This document shows, one piece after another, positions 18,406-27,431 of a DNA stretch of 64,000 nt. This DNA comes from an uncultured Desulfobacteraceae bacterium (GTDB lineage: Bacteria > Desulfobacterota > DSM-4660 > Desulfatiglandales > B25-G16), in NCBI GenBank assembly GCA_964655655.1, contig CAZZPR010000005.1:1968-65967 (forward strand). The letters are read 5' to 3'. The position numbers and the translations under genes were made by a program. Within the stretch, counting starts at the first letter, position 1; the number at the start of each line of letters is the position of its first letter. The notes beneath the pieces were generated by a model that was given only the letters and a program-made list of their open reading frames with translations, was not told the origin of the DNA and ran no database searches.

Positions 18406-20664
18406 ATGAAAAAAAAGCTGGGCCTATTCTTTTCTTTAAACCCTTTTTCCATCACCTTCTACCTGACGATTATTATTATTATCGTCTTTCTTATTGGACC
18501 CTCCTTTCTTGAAATCATAGAGCTGAAAACCCTGGATCTAAGGTTTTTGTCAAGGGGTATTATTAAGGGAAACGACTCTATTGTGCTTGCCGTTATAGAC
18601 GAAAAAAGCCTGGATAAAGAGGGCAGATGGCCCTGGCCCAGGTCAAAGTTCGCCAAGCTTATAGACACCCTTTCCCGGGACGGAGCCAAGGTTGTAGGTC
18701 TTGATGTAGGATTTTTGGAGCCGGATGAAAACACCAATCTTAAGTTGATCCGTCAATTCAAGCAGAAACTCGACTCACTTAAAATCAATAATAGCCAAAT
18801 AAACAAATTCATGGACCAAGCGAAACTTATAGCGGACAATGACCTTGCCCTTGCAAATTCCCTTGAAAGGTCGAAGGCCAAGGTAGTGCTTGGTTACTTC
18901 TTTCACATGACCCAGAAGGAAATAGAATACCGCATCCAGGAAAAACAGATACAAAATCAACTCGATCGAATCAGGAATTCCAAATACCCGCTGATCATGT
19001 ACGATCAGCAGGAAATGGACATAGATCCCTTTCTTACCGCCTATGCACCGGAGTCGAACCTTAAGATATTGAGCCGGGCGGCGGACTCCTCCGGCTATTT
19101 CAACATGATGCCGGATAAAGACGGGGTAGTCAGGTGGATGCCTCTCGCCATAAAATGCGGGAAGGAAGTTTACTCCCCCCTTTCTATCCAATCCGCATGG
19201 CATTACCTCGACAAACCTCAAATGATGGTCGAGGTGGCCAATTACGGCATAGAAGGGGTAAGGATAGGAAAAATATCAATTCCCACCGACGAACAGGGCA
19301 GGATGCTCATAAATTACTGCGGCCCTAAAAAAACTTTCCCCCACTACTCCATAACCGACATAATAAACGGAAATCTACCCGAGGGGCTTTTCAAGGACAA
19401 AATAGTCCTGGTGGGGGCCACATCCGTGGGCATATACGATATGAGAAACACCCCTTTCTCCCCTGTGTATCCCGGCCTGGAAATACATGCAACGGTAATC
19501 AGCAATATATTAAACCAGAATTTTCTCGCCCATCCTAAATGGACAAAAGTCTTAGATCTGATGGTCATCATATTTATGGGCGTAATTATAGGCTTTATTA
19601 TTCCCCGTTTGAGTGCCTTAAGGGCCGCTCCCTTTGCCCTTGGCCTTTTCCTGGCCCATATATTTTTCAGCAGGCTTCTTTTTGTCAGATACGGCATCTG
19701 GTTCAATATTACCTATCCCCTTCTGGCACTTATCGTTCTTTATGTCTCGCTTACGGTTTATAAATATCTGACAGAGGAAAGGGAGAGAAAGAAGATCAAA
19801 GGGGCCTTTACCTACTATGTTTCTTCTTCCGTAGTAAATGAAATGCTTAAACATCCTGAAAAATTGAAATTGGGTGGAGATCGAAAGGAACTTTCCGTGC
19901 TTTTTTCGGATATCAGGGGGTTCACAACCATTGCGGAAGGAATGACACCTGAAGACCTCGTGCATCTTTTGAACGAATACCTTACCGTAATGACAGACAT
20001 TGTATTCAAGTACGAGGGCACCCTGGATAAATACATAGGCGACGCCATAATGGCATTGTACGGCGCCCCCCTGGACCTGCCGGATCACGCAGAAAGGGCG
20101 TGCCGATCCGCACTTGATATGGTAGAAGAGTTAAAGGAGCTGAACCGGAAATGGGTCAGCGAGGGCAAACAGCCCATGGATATCGGCATTGGAATAAACA
20201 CCGGGCCCATGATGGTGGGGAACATGGGCTCCGAACAGAGGTTTGATTTCACCGCCATGGGCGATGCTGTAAATCTTAGCTCCAGGCTGGAGGGTGCAAA
20301 CAAGAGCTACAAGACAAGTATCATAATCAGCGAATCCACCCACGAACAGATAAAGGGCAAATTTACCTGCATGGAGCTTGACCTTGTAAGGGTAAAGGGG
20401 AGGACAAAACCTATAAAGATTTACAGCCTGGTTGGCTACGGAGACCTCACGGATATTAAGTCCGACATTGTAAATCAATTCAACAACGCGGTAAATCTGT
20501 ACAGGAATAGAAATTGGGCTGAAGCAATGCGTATCTTTGAAAATATTACGGCCCTGGACCCGGATATGTACGCAGCCCGGATATACATAGAAAGGTGCAA
20601 TGAGCTGAAAGAAAATCCTCCGCCGGAAGAGTGGGACGGTGTGTTTGTAATGACTACCAAGTAG
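18406..20664 (+). CDS. CHASE2 sensor-domain class III adenylate/guanylate cyclase
   Basis: N-terminal TM, a periplasmic domain of about 330 aa (CHASE2-like), then 3 TM segments. Cyclase core VLFSDIRGFTT...KYIGDAIMALYGAP...GINTGPMMVGNMGS, and a C-terminal WDGVFVMTTK tail. Confidence 0.88.
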   Translation: MKKKLGLFFSLNPFSITFYLTIIIIIVFLIGPSFLEIIELKTLDLRFLSRGIIKGNDSIVLAVIDEKSLDKEGRWPWPRSKFAKLIDTLSRDGAKVVGLDVGFLEPDENTNLKLIRQFKQKLDSLKINNSQINKFMDQAKLIADNDLALANSLERSKAKVVLGYFFHMTQKEIEYRIQEKQIQNQLDRIRNSKYPLIMYDQQEMDIDPFLTAYAPESNLKILSRAADSSGYFNMMPDKDGVVRWMPLAIKCGKEVYSPLSIQSAWHYLDKPQMMVEVANYGIEGVRIGKISIPTDEQGRMLINYCGPKKTFPHYSITDIINGNLPEGLFKDKIVLVGATSVGIYDMRNTPFSPVYPGLEIHATVISNILNQNFLAHPKWTKVLDLMVIIFMGVIIGFIIPRLSALRAAPFALGLFLAHIFFSRLLFVRYGIWFNITYPLLALIVLYVSLTVYKYLTEERERKKIKGAFTYYVSSSVVNEMLKHPEKLKLGGDRKELSVLFSDIRGFTTIAEGMTPEDLVHLLNEYLTVMTDIVFKYEGTLDKYIGDAIMALYGAPLDLPDHAERACRSALDMVEELKELNRKWVSEGKQPMDIGIGINTGPMMVGNMGSEQRFDFTAMGDAVNLSSRLEGANKSYKTSIIISESTHEQIKGKFTCMELDLVRVKGRTKPIKIYSLVGYGDLTDIKSDIVNQFNNAVNLYRNRNWAEAMRIFENITALDPDMYAARIYIERCNELKENPPPEEWDGVFVMTTK

Positions 20665-20744
20665 GGCTCCTGTGCCGGCCCTGGAGAAACCCGGGTCTAA
20701 GCTCCAATAAAAAACCTGTTTGTTTATTTTAATAGTACGAGACC

Positions 20745-20930
20745 TTTAAACCCAGATTGTGCGGCAGACATCGTAGCGAGGGTTGAAAAACCCAGGCGAG
20801 ACGCGAATTTGGAGCAATTTTGAACCGCAGGCATATTCATAAATATGTTGAGGATCAAGATTGCGAAAAGAGCGTTGCAGCAAGGTTTTTCAGGCCGCAG
20901 TAGTTGGCTGCTGCACAATCTGGGTTTAAA
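20745..20930. repeat. Palindromic intergenic repeat, copy D, split by an insertion of about 130 nt
   Basis: Left arm TTTAAACCCAGATTGTGCGGCAG (20745-20767), right arm GCAGTAGttggCTGCTGCACAATCTGGGTTTAAA (20897-20930). The outer 23 nt are perfect inverted repeats. Confidence 0.85.
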
Positions 20931-21020
20931 ACCTGACATATTTTGGCATCAAAAATATTAGTTATGTAAAGGTCTCAGTGCATTATCTAATTCATCTCGG
21001 GGGTAGTTTAAATCAAGCCG

Positions 21021-21791
21021 ATGCATTCTCTTCTTTATTTCCTGGGTAAAAACGCCCTATTGCTGGTGAGAGAAATGGGCAGGATTTTCATCCTGCTAAT
21101 ACACGCCTTTATGTGGATGTTTCTCCCTCCCTACAGATTTAAGGCCATATTTAAACAGATGGAATTCGTTGGCGTAAAATCCCTTTTCGTTGTTGTACTC
21201 ACAGGTATATTTACCGGCGGGGTCCTGGCACTGCAGAGCCACCATGGATTTAAACTCTTCGGCGCGGAAACCTTGGTGGGCTCCATCGTGGCCCTTTCCG
21301 TGACCAGGGAACTGGGCCCGGTGTTGACCGCACTGATGGTCAACGGAAGGGCGGGTTCCGCCATGGCTGCGGAGCTGGGTACCATGAAGGTGACCGAGCA
21401 GATCGACGCCCTTTACGTAATGGCAACCAATCCGGTAAAATATCTTATCGTACCAAGGATCATAGCCGGAATCGCAATGCTTCCGGTACTCACCATCATA
21501 GCGGACTTTCTGGGAATACTCGGTGGTTACTTTGTAGGCGTATGCCTTCTGGATATAAACTCCGGGATGTTTGTGGCCAACATACTAGAATACCTGGAAC
21601 TTTCGGATATATTTCACGGACTTACCAAGTCCGCTTTCTTCGGTCTTATATTCACCCATATAGGATGTTACAAGGGTTTTTACACCGAAGGAGGAGCAGA
21701 GGGCGTGGGCAGGGCCACCACACAGGCGGTGGTGCTTTCCTCCGTACTTATACTGGTAAGTGATTATTTCCTAACCTCTATCATGTTTTAG
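21021..21791 (+). CDS. mlaE: MlaE-family ABC permease (phospholipid/retrograde lipid transport type)
   Basis: 256 aa with GVKSLFVVVLTGIFTGGVLALQ, RELGPVLTALMVNGRAGSAMAAELGTMKVTEQIDAL. Confidence 0.9.
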   Translation: MHSLLYFLGKNALLLVREMGRIFILLIHAFMWMFLPPYRFKAIFKQMEFVGVKSLFVVVLTGIFTGGVLALQSHHGFKLFGAETLVGSIVALSVTRELGPVLTALMVNGRAGSAMAAELGTMKVTEQIDALYVMATNPVKYLIVPRIIAGIAMLPVLTIIADFLGILGGYFVGVCLLDINSGMFVANILEYLELSDIFHGLTKSAFFGLIFTHIGCYKGFYTEGGAEGVGRATTQAVVLSSVLILVSDYFLTSIMF

Positions 21792-21793
21792 CT

Positions 21794-22540
21794 ATGATAA
21801 AATTGAAAGATATATACAAGTCATTCGGAAATAACGCCGTGCTGAATGGTTTGAATCTATCCATTCAGGAGGGCAAGATAACGGTCATTATCGGCCAGAG
21901 CGGTGGTGGAAAAAGCGTACTCCTAAAACACATCATTGGGCTTATCCGTCCGGACAAGGGCAAAGTGGAAATAGACGGCCAGAATATAACCGGATTAAAC
22001 GACCGCCAACTTAATGAAGTACGCAAGAAATTCGGCATGCTCTTTCAGGAGGCGGCGCTTTTTGATTCCATGACCGTGGGCCAGAATGTGGCCTTTCCTC
22101 TTGTAGAGCATACGCGGCTCAATAAAAAGAAGATAACGGAAATAGTAAGCAAAAAACTTTCCCAGGTGGGCCTCAAAGGGGTGGAAGACAAAATGCCCTC
22201 AGAATTGTCCGGGGGCATGAGAAAACGGGTTGGCCTGGCCAGGGCCATTGCCCTTGAACCCAGGATCATCCTTTTCGACGAGCCCACTACAGGCCTGGAT
22301 CCCATAATAAGCGATGCAATAGGCCAGCTCATTGTGGATACCCAGAAACAACTGAATATTACCTGCGTGGTGATAAGTCACGATATACACGGAACCTTCA
22401 AGATTGCCCATAATATCGCCATGCTACACGGCGGAAATATCATAGCTTACGGAACCGCGGAGGAGATAAAAAACAGTACCGACCCGGTACTCAAGCAATT
22501 TTTGGAGGGCAGGAGGGAAGGACCTGTAAAGGTGATTTAA
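21794..22540 (+). CDS. mlaF: MlaF-family ABC ATP-binding subunit
   Basis: Walker A IIGQSGGGKSVLLK, signature LSGGMRKRVGLARA, Walker B ILFDEPTTGLD. Confidence 0.9.
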   Translation: MIKLKDIYKSFGNNAVLNGLNLSIQEGKITVIIGQSGGGKSVLLKHIIGLIRPDKGKVEIDGQNITGLNDRQLNEVRKKFGMLFQEAALFDSMTVGQNVAFPLVEHTRLNKKKITEIVSKKLSQVGLKGVEDKMPSELSGGMRKRVGLARAIALEPRIILFDEPTTGLDPIISDAIGQLIVDTQKQLNITCVVISHDIHGTFKIAHNIAMLHGGNIIAYGTAEEIKNSTDPVLKQFLEGRREGPVKVI

Positions 22541-22649
22541 ATCTAACCCTAAAGGAAAAGGGTACATGCAAAACAGCAGGGGGCTCTGGCCATTTCCGGT
22601 AAAAAATGTTATAGGCCTTTTCAGATAATGATAAACAGGTTCGGAAAAC

Positions 22650-24257
22650 ATGAACAATCACGGCTCTGAGATAAAGGTGGGCATCTTCGTATTGATAGGG
22701 ATAATAATACTTGCGTACATGTCCCTTAAGGTAGGAAAGTTTGACTTTGGAAAACCTGAGGGTTATGAAATCATAGCATATTTTGATAATGTCTCCGGAC
22801 TCAATACCGATGTCCCGGTGGAGATTGCGGGCATTGAAGTCGGGAGGGTAAAAGAAATAGTCCTGGATCAGGGAAAGGCCAAAGTTTCCATGAGGATCAG
22901 TTATGATACATCCATACCATCCGACTCTACGGCCAGTTTAAGAAGCAGGGGCCTTATGGGGGATAAATTCATAGAGATCGCACTGGGTAGCCCTGAATCA
23001 CCAAGCCTGAAAAACGGTGAGAAGGTAGTACACACTCGTACCCCGGCGGACATAGATCAGGCGGTAAACAAAATAGGGGAAGTGGCCGGGGATATAAGCA
23101 AGGTTTCCAAAGCCCTGGGAAATGCGCTCGGGGGTGAACAGGGACAAGGTGATATCAGGCAGGTGCTTGAAAACCTCAAAAAAGGCACTGAAACCCTGAG
23201 CAGGATAATAACGGAAAACGAGAATAATATTAATTCCCTTTTGAAAAATCTCAATCAATTCAGCAAGGACCTGGAGGGTATATCTCAGGCCAACAAGGCG
23301 CACATAAACCGTATAATTATTGACCTCAAACAAAGCACGGCCCAGCTAAGGGAATCCACAAGCACATTCAATAATATAGCAAAAAAGATGGAACGGGGTG
23401 AGGGCACCCTGGGCAGGCTGATAAATGATCCCAGCACCCTGGAGGAGCTCAATCAGACCCTGGCCCATCTAAAAAGCATCACCCAAAAAATAGACTCGGG
23501 GGAAGGCACCCTGGGCAGGCTAATAAGCAGAGAAGACACCGGAAAAGGCCTGGATGAAACAGTAGACTCCCTGAAAAGCATAAGCAAAAAGATAGACTCC
23601 GGAAAAGGAACCCTGGGCAGATTGATAAACGATGAAAAGATAGCGGAAAACCTGGAAGACACACTCCACGGTATAAACGACTATTTTACAAAAACGGATG
23701 CATTCAAATTCGATGTGGATTTTCACATAGAGCAATTGACCCGGCACAACGATATAAAGTCATACCTGAACCTTAAAATCCAGCCCAAGGCGGATAAATA
23801 TTATCTCCTGGGCATAGTATCAGATCCCTCCGGGCTGGAGACTACCACTGATACCAGGATAACCCAGAGCCCGGGGGGCACCAGGACCATACACGAGGAG
23901 AAGACCGAAAAGGATAAATTGAAGTTCAACGCCCAGATAGCAAAGAGATATTACGACCTTGTTTTGAGGGGGGGGATAATCGAGTCCACGGGCGGGGTGG
24001 GCATAGACTATTACCTGCTCGACGACAGGTTGAAATTGGGAATCGAGGCATTCGATTTCAGCTCCGACTCCGATGAGAAAACACATCTCAAAGGATACGC
24101 CGATTTCAGCTTTTTTAAGTACCTTTACCTGACCGCGGGGTTTGATGACTTTATCAGCGACCAGGGAGAATCCTCCTTTTTCATAGGAGCAGGACTTACC
24201 TTTCGGGATGACGACATCAAATACCTTTTGACTTCAGCCCCCATCCCGGGACAGTGA
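22650..24257 (+). CDS. mlaD: MlaD/MCE-domain protein with internal tandem repeats and a long C-terminal extension
   Basis: N-terminal TM (IKVGIFVLIGIIILAYMSL) and MCE core (VPVEIAGIEVGRVKEI). It contains three 34-aa repeats with GxGTLGRLI. 535 aa in total. Confidence 0.85.
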   Translation: MNNHGSEIKVGIFVLIGIIILAYMSLKVGKFDFGKPEGYEIIAYFDNVSGLNTDVPVEIAGIEVGRVKEIVLDQGKAKVSMRISYDTSIPSDSTASLRSRGLMGDKFIEIALGSPESPSLKNGEKVVHTRTPADIDQAVNKIGEVAGDISKVSKALGNALGGEQGQGDIRQVLENLKKGTETLSRIITENENNINSLLKNLNQFSKDLEGISQANKAHINRIIIDLKQSTAQLRESTSTFNNIAKKMERGEGTLGRLINDPSTLEELNQTLAHLKSITQKIDSGEGTLGRLISREDTGKGLDETVDSLKSISKKIDSGKGTLGRLINDEKIAENLEDTLHGINDYFTKTDAFKFDVDFHIEQLTRHNDIKSYLNLKIQPKADKYYLLGIVSDPSGLETTTDTRITQSPGGTRTIHEEKTEKDKLKFNAQIAKRYYDLVLRGGIIESTGGVGIDYYLLDDRLKLGIEAFDFSSDSDEKTHLKGYADFSFFKYLYLTAGFDDFISDQGESSFFIGAGLTFRDDDIKYLLTSAPIPGQ

Positions 24258-24274
24258 TCACGTTCAAAATCCTG

Positions 24275-24994
24275 TTAAACGAGGTACTTGATCTTGTAAT
24301 ATATCAACTTCTGGTACTCCAGGATGACTTCCTTTAGATACCTCCTGCTTTTCCACCAATCCTTGGGGTCAAATTCCTGATAATGCGAGGGAAGGGAAAT
24401 CAGCCTTACCTCATCCTCCCCGAAGACCTTCTTGAAGGTATTCCACGCACGGCGGGAGTGGGTTGGCGACGTGATTAATATAATCGACTTATAATCCCCT
24501 TCCCTCACAAAGTCGTGTATCATCCCGGCTTCACTTATGGTACTGTTCACCCGGTGTTCTGTGGTCAATATCGCATTCTTGGGCACCCCCAGCCCCTGCA
24601 ATATCTTTTTAAACAACTCAAAGTCTGAAGGGTAATCCTCAACCTTTTCCTTTACATAGCCATAACCGTCCGGCTCCAGCACCTTGGCCCTGAATATGCA
24701 GGGTGCAAGTCCCTCTTTGTAGGCATCCGCAGCAGCAGGGGCCCTTTCAAGGTTTGAACCTGCAAGGCATACAATCAGATCTGATTTCTTCGGCTCATGC
24801 TCTACGATAAGATATTTCCCCAGTTGAATGAGTATAGGCACACTATAAAGGGACAGGATAAAATAGAGGACAAAGATTATAAAAAAGATCCATTTCCAGA
24901 AATTTAACTTACTGCCCTTATCCTGCTGCTCTCGAGACTTCGGCAGGCCTAAATCATCCGTTTCCTTCCTTGCTTCTTCTTGCTCGTATTCCAT
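24275..24994 (-). CDS. DUF218/YdcF(ElyC)-family membrane-anchored protein
   Basis: N-terminal TM, then LIVCLAGSNLERAPAAADAYKEG and ILITSPTHSRRAWNTFKKVF. Confidence 0.75.
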   Translation of the reverse strand: MEYEQEEARKETDDLGLPKSREQQDKGSKLNFWKWIFFIIFVLYFILSLYSVPILIQLGKYLIVEHEPKKSDLIVCLAGSNLERAPAAADAYKEGLAPCIFRAKVLEPDGYGYVKEKVEDYPSDFELFKKILQGLGVPKNAILTTEHRVNSTISEAGMIHDFVREGDYKSIILITSPTHSRRAWNTFKKVFGEDEVRLISLPSHYQEFDPKDWWKSRRYLKEVILEYQKLIYYKIKYLV

Positions 24995-25061
24995 AATAGG
25001 TTACCCTGCAAATAGATATCACATAATCTTTATAATATCACAATTCTCATCTTGGAATCTC

Positions 25062-25511
25062 CTAAAAAATCTTTGAACTGTCAAGCAGCATGGTAACAGG
25101 GCCGTCGTTTACAAGATGAACCTCCATCATCTCCTGAAACCTTCCCTCGGTCACCTGAATGCCCTTTTCTTTCAAAAGCCGAATAAATTCCCGGTATAAT
25201 TCAACGGCACCAGAAGGGTCTGCAGCCTCTACAAAAGAGGGTCTTCTGCCCTTTCTGCAATCCCCCAGCAAGGTGAACTGAGAAACCACCAGGGCCTCAC
25301 CGCCCGTGTCAAGCAGGGAAAGGTTCATCTTGCCCTCGTGATCGCCGAATATTCTTAAATTTGCTATCTTGGACGCCGTGTAATCCGCCTCCCCCTTACT
25401 GTCTCCCTTGCCCACTCCCAAAAAGATCAGGAGACCCTTCCCTATTTCTCCGGCCGTCTGATCACCCACAGTCACCCTGGCCTTTTTCACCCTCTGAACA
25501 ACCGCTCTCAT
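25062..25511 (-). CDS. dtd: D-aminoacyl-tRNA deacylase
   Basis: [48 protein letters not shown] upstream. Confidence 0.93.
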   Translation of the reverse strand: MRAVVQRVKKARVTVGDQTAGEIGKGLLIFLGVGKGDSKGEADYTASKIANLRIFGDHEGKMNLSLLDTGGEALVVSQFTLLGDCRKGRRPSFVEAADPSGAVELYREFIRLLKEKGIQVTEGRFQEMMEVHLVNDGPVTMLLDSSKIF

Positions 25512-25567
25512 AGGACCTCCTTATAATTATTGTTGTAAGATCTTTACAGTTGATTTAAAAACTCTAC

Positions 25568-26935
25568 ATGGATGCCACTTTAATCCTCATCAATCCCTGG
25601 ATATACGACTTTGCGGCCTACGACCTCTGGGCGAAACCGCTGGGGCTTCTCTATCTGGCAGGGGAGCTGAGAGAAAAGGGCTTCAACATACACCTCATAG
25701 ACTGCCTGGATACCCATAATCCTGAAAGGAAAAGCAGCGCAACCCTAAAGAAACCCCTAAAAAGAAAATATGGAACAGGAAAATTCTGGAGGCAACGTGT
25801 TCCCAGCCCAGCCCCTTTATCCAGAATCTCAAGGCCTTACCACAGGTACGGTATCTCCACCGATGTATTCATAAATGAGTTACAAAAGCCAAGAAAGCCG
25901 GAGGCCATACTTGTCACCTCCCTCATGACCTACTGGTACCCGGGAGTCTTCGAGGCCATAAGGCTTGCAAAAAAGGCCCATCCGAACGTTCCTGTAATAC
26001 TGGGGGGAATCTACGCCACCCTGTGCCCGGAGCACGCACGGGCATATTCCGGGGCGGATTTTGTTATTCCCTCACCGGGTCAACTCCGGCCCAGTAATTT
26101 AAATATATGCATGAATAATCTTATAACAAATTTTCCCGTTGAAAAAAAGGTGCAACACTTCCTGCCTTATCCTTCCTTTGACTTGTTAACCTATACGAAA
26201 TATATATGCATTTTGAGTACATGCGGATGCCCCTTCTCATGTGCCTACTGTGCCTCGCCTTATCTCAGTCCCCCTTTTTTTAAAAGAGATCCCCTGGAAT
26301 TATTCGAGGAAGTTAAATTCTGGCACAGGCGTTATAATATAGTGGATTTCGCCTTTTATGACGACGCCCTGCTCGTAGACGCCAAGGCTCATATCTGCAT
26401 ATTTTTGGAAGAGGTGCTGAAAAACAACCTTGCATTGAGGTTCCATTGCCCCAATGGGCTGCACGTTGCATTTCTGGACCGGGATACGGCAAGGCTTCTT
26501 TATAAATCCGGTTTCAAAACCCTGAGGCTCGGGCTGGAGACCTCCGATGACTTTCTTCGGCACCGTCTTGGGGAAAAATACTCACCCGGGGACTCCGAGC
26601 GGGCCGTGGCCCACCTCAAAAGCGCAGGTTTTGAATCAGACCAGATAGGCGCCTATATCCTGGCCGGCCTCCCAGGGCAAAGCTGGGAACAGGTTGCAGA
26701 GACAATAAGATATACGGAAAAAATCGGTGTCCCGCCCTATATTAGTGAATACTCTCCCATACCTCACACAGGTCTCTGGAAAGACGCAGTGAGTTCCTCG
26801 AGATTTGACATAGAATCGGAGCCCCTGTTTCATAACAACTCTCTGCTCCCCTGTTGGAGCGAAAATGAGCTTCAAAATGTGAAAAAATTGAAACAAATGG
26901 TAAAGGATGCAAGAAAACGGCTCCGGAAAAAATAA
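25568..26935 (+). CDS. Radical SAM protein with N-terminal B12-binding-like domain
   Basis: CxxxCxxC motif CGCPFSCAYC. The N-terminus LILINPWIYDFAAYDLWAKPLGLLYLAGELREKGFNIHLIDC is typical of class B-like radical SAM proteins. Confidence 0.8.
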   Translation: MDATLILINPWIYDFAAYDLWAKPLGLLYLAGELREKGFNIHLIDCLDTHNPERKSSATLKKPLKRKYGTGKFWRQRVPSPAPLSRISRPYHRYGISTDVFINELQKPRKPEAILVTSLMTYWYPGVFEAIRLAKKAHPNVPVILGGIYATLCPEHARAYSGADFVIPSPGQLRPSNLNICMNNLITNFPVEKKVQHFLPYPSFDLLTYTKYICILSTCGCPFSCAYCASPYLSPPFFKRDPLELFEEVKFWHRRYNIVDFAFYDDALLVDAKAHICIFLEEVLKNNLALRFHCPNGLHVAFLDRDTARLLYKSGFKTLRLGLETSDDFLRHRLGEKYSPGDSERAVAHLKSAGFESDQIGAYILAGLPGQSWEQVAETIRYTEKIGVPPYISEYSPIPHTGLWKDAVSSSRFDIESEPLFHNNSLLPCWSENELQNVKKLKQMVKDARKRLRKK

Positions 26936-27206
26936 ACGGCATCCCCGCACCTTGGAAGAAAGAGTTAGCACTATAATGCCATATCCCTCAGCACCTAAGT
27001 CCGACTAATTCCTTGAATCTCTAAGTTCAATTTCATATATAAAACAGATACCTTGGTTACTTTTTATTCTCGCTTTTATTAACACCGCCCTTATTCAGCC
27101 GTGGCCGAAAACTGTCTTTGTAACTTCTTTATTTTATTATCTAATATTGATATTTAATTAAGCCCGAAAAAAATATTCTCTTATCAATTTCCAAAAATAA
27201 TTTTGA

Positions 27207-27235
27207 TTGACAAAAAGCACTTTCATATATAGATA
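27207..27235 (+). promoter_or_regulatory. Sigma-70-like promoter candidate in the AT-rich leader of the ABC/acyl-CoA ligase operon
   Basis: TTGACA at 27207-27212, a 17-nt spacer, then TAGATA at 27230-27235. The -10 element is weak and alternatives exist. Confidence 0.3.
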
Positions 27236-27431
27236 AATAAAATATTAGCTAAATTAAATATCCGTTTTTTAAAAACAAAAAATTGATGGCTTCATAAATT
27301 AGAAACCTGCTGATTTCCAATGATCAATATCAGCAGCATTTACTCGTTTTTTCATTGCTCCTGAAACATGCTTAAAAATAACCGTGGAAAGGGGCTGCAA
27401 TTTCGCCCAGGGATCGGCTCCAATTCTATTT

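Noticed and set aside
12737-20930. Whether the recurring palindromes could be a CRISPR array or integron attC sites.
   Set aside because: The copies are kilobases apart with genes in between, so they are not regularly spaced with short spacers. They also lack the GTTRRRY/RYYYAAC attC core sites, and no cas or intI gene is in the window.
20724-20939. 71-aa minus-strand ORF between the cyclase gene and mlaE.
   Set aside because: It lies entirely within palindrome copy D and its nested insertion. It has no SD and reads as repeat-derived sequence.
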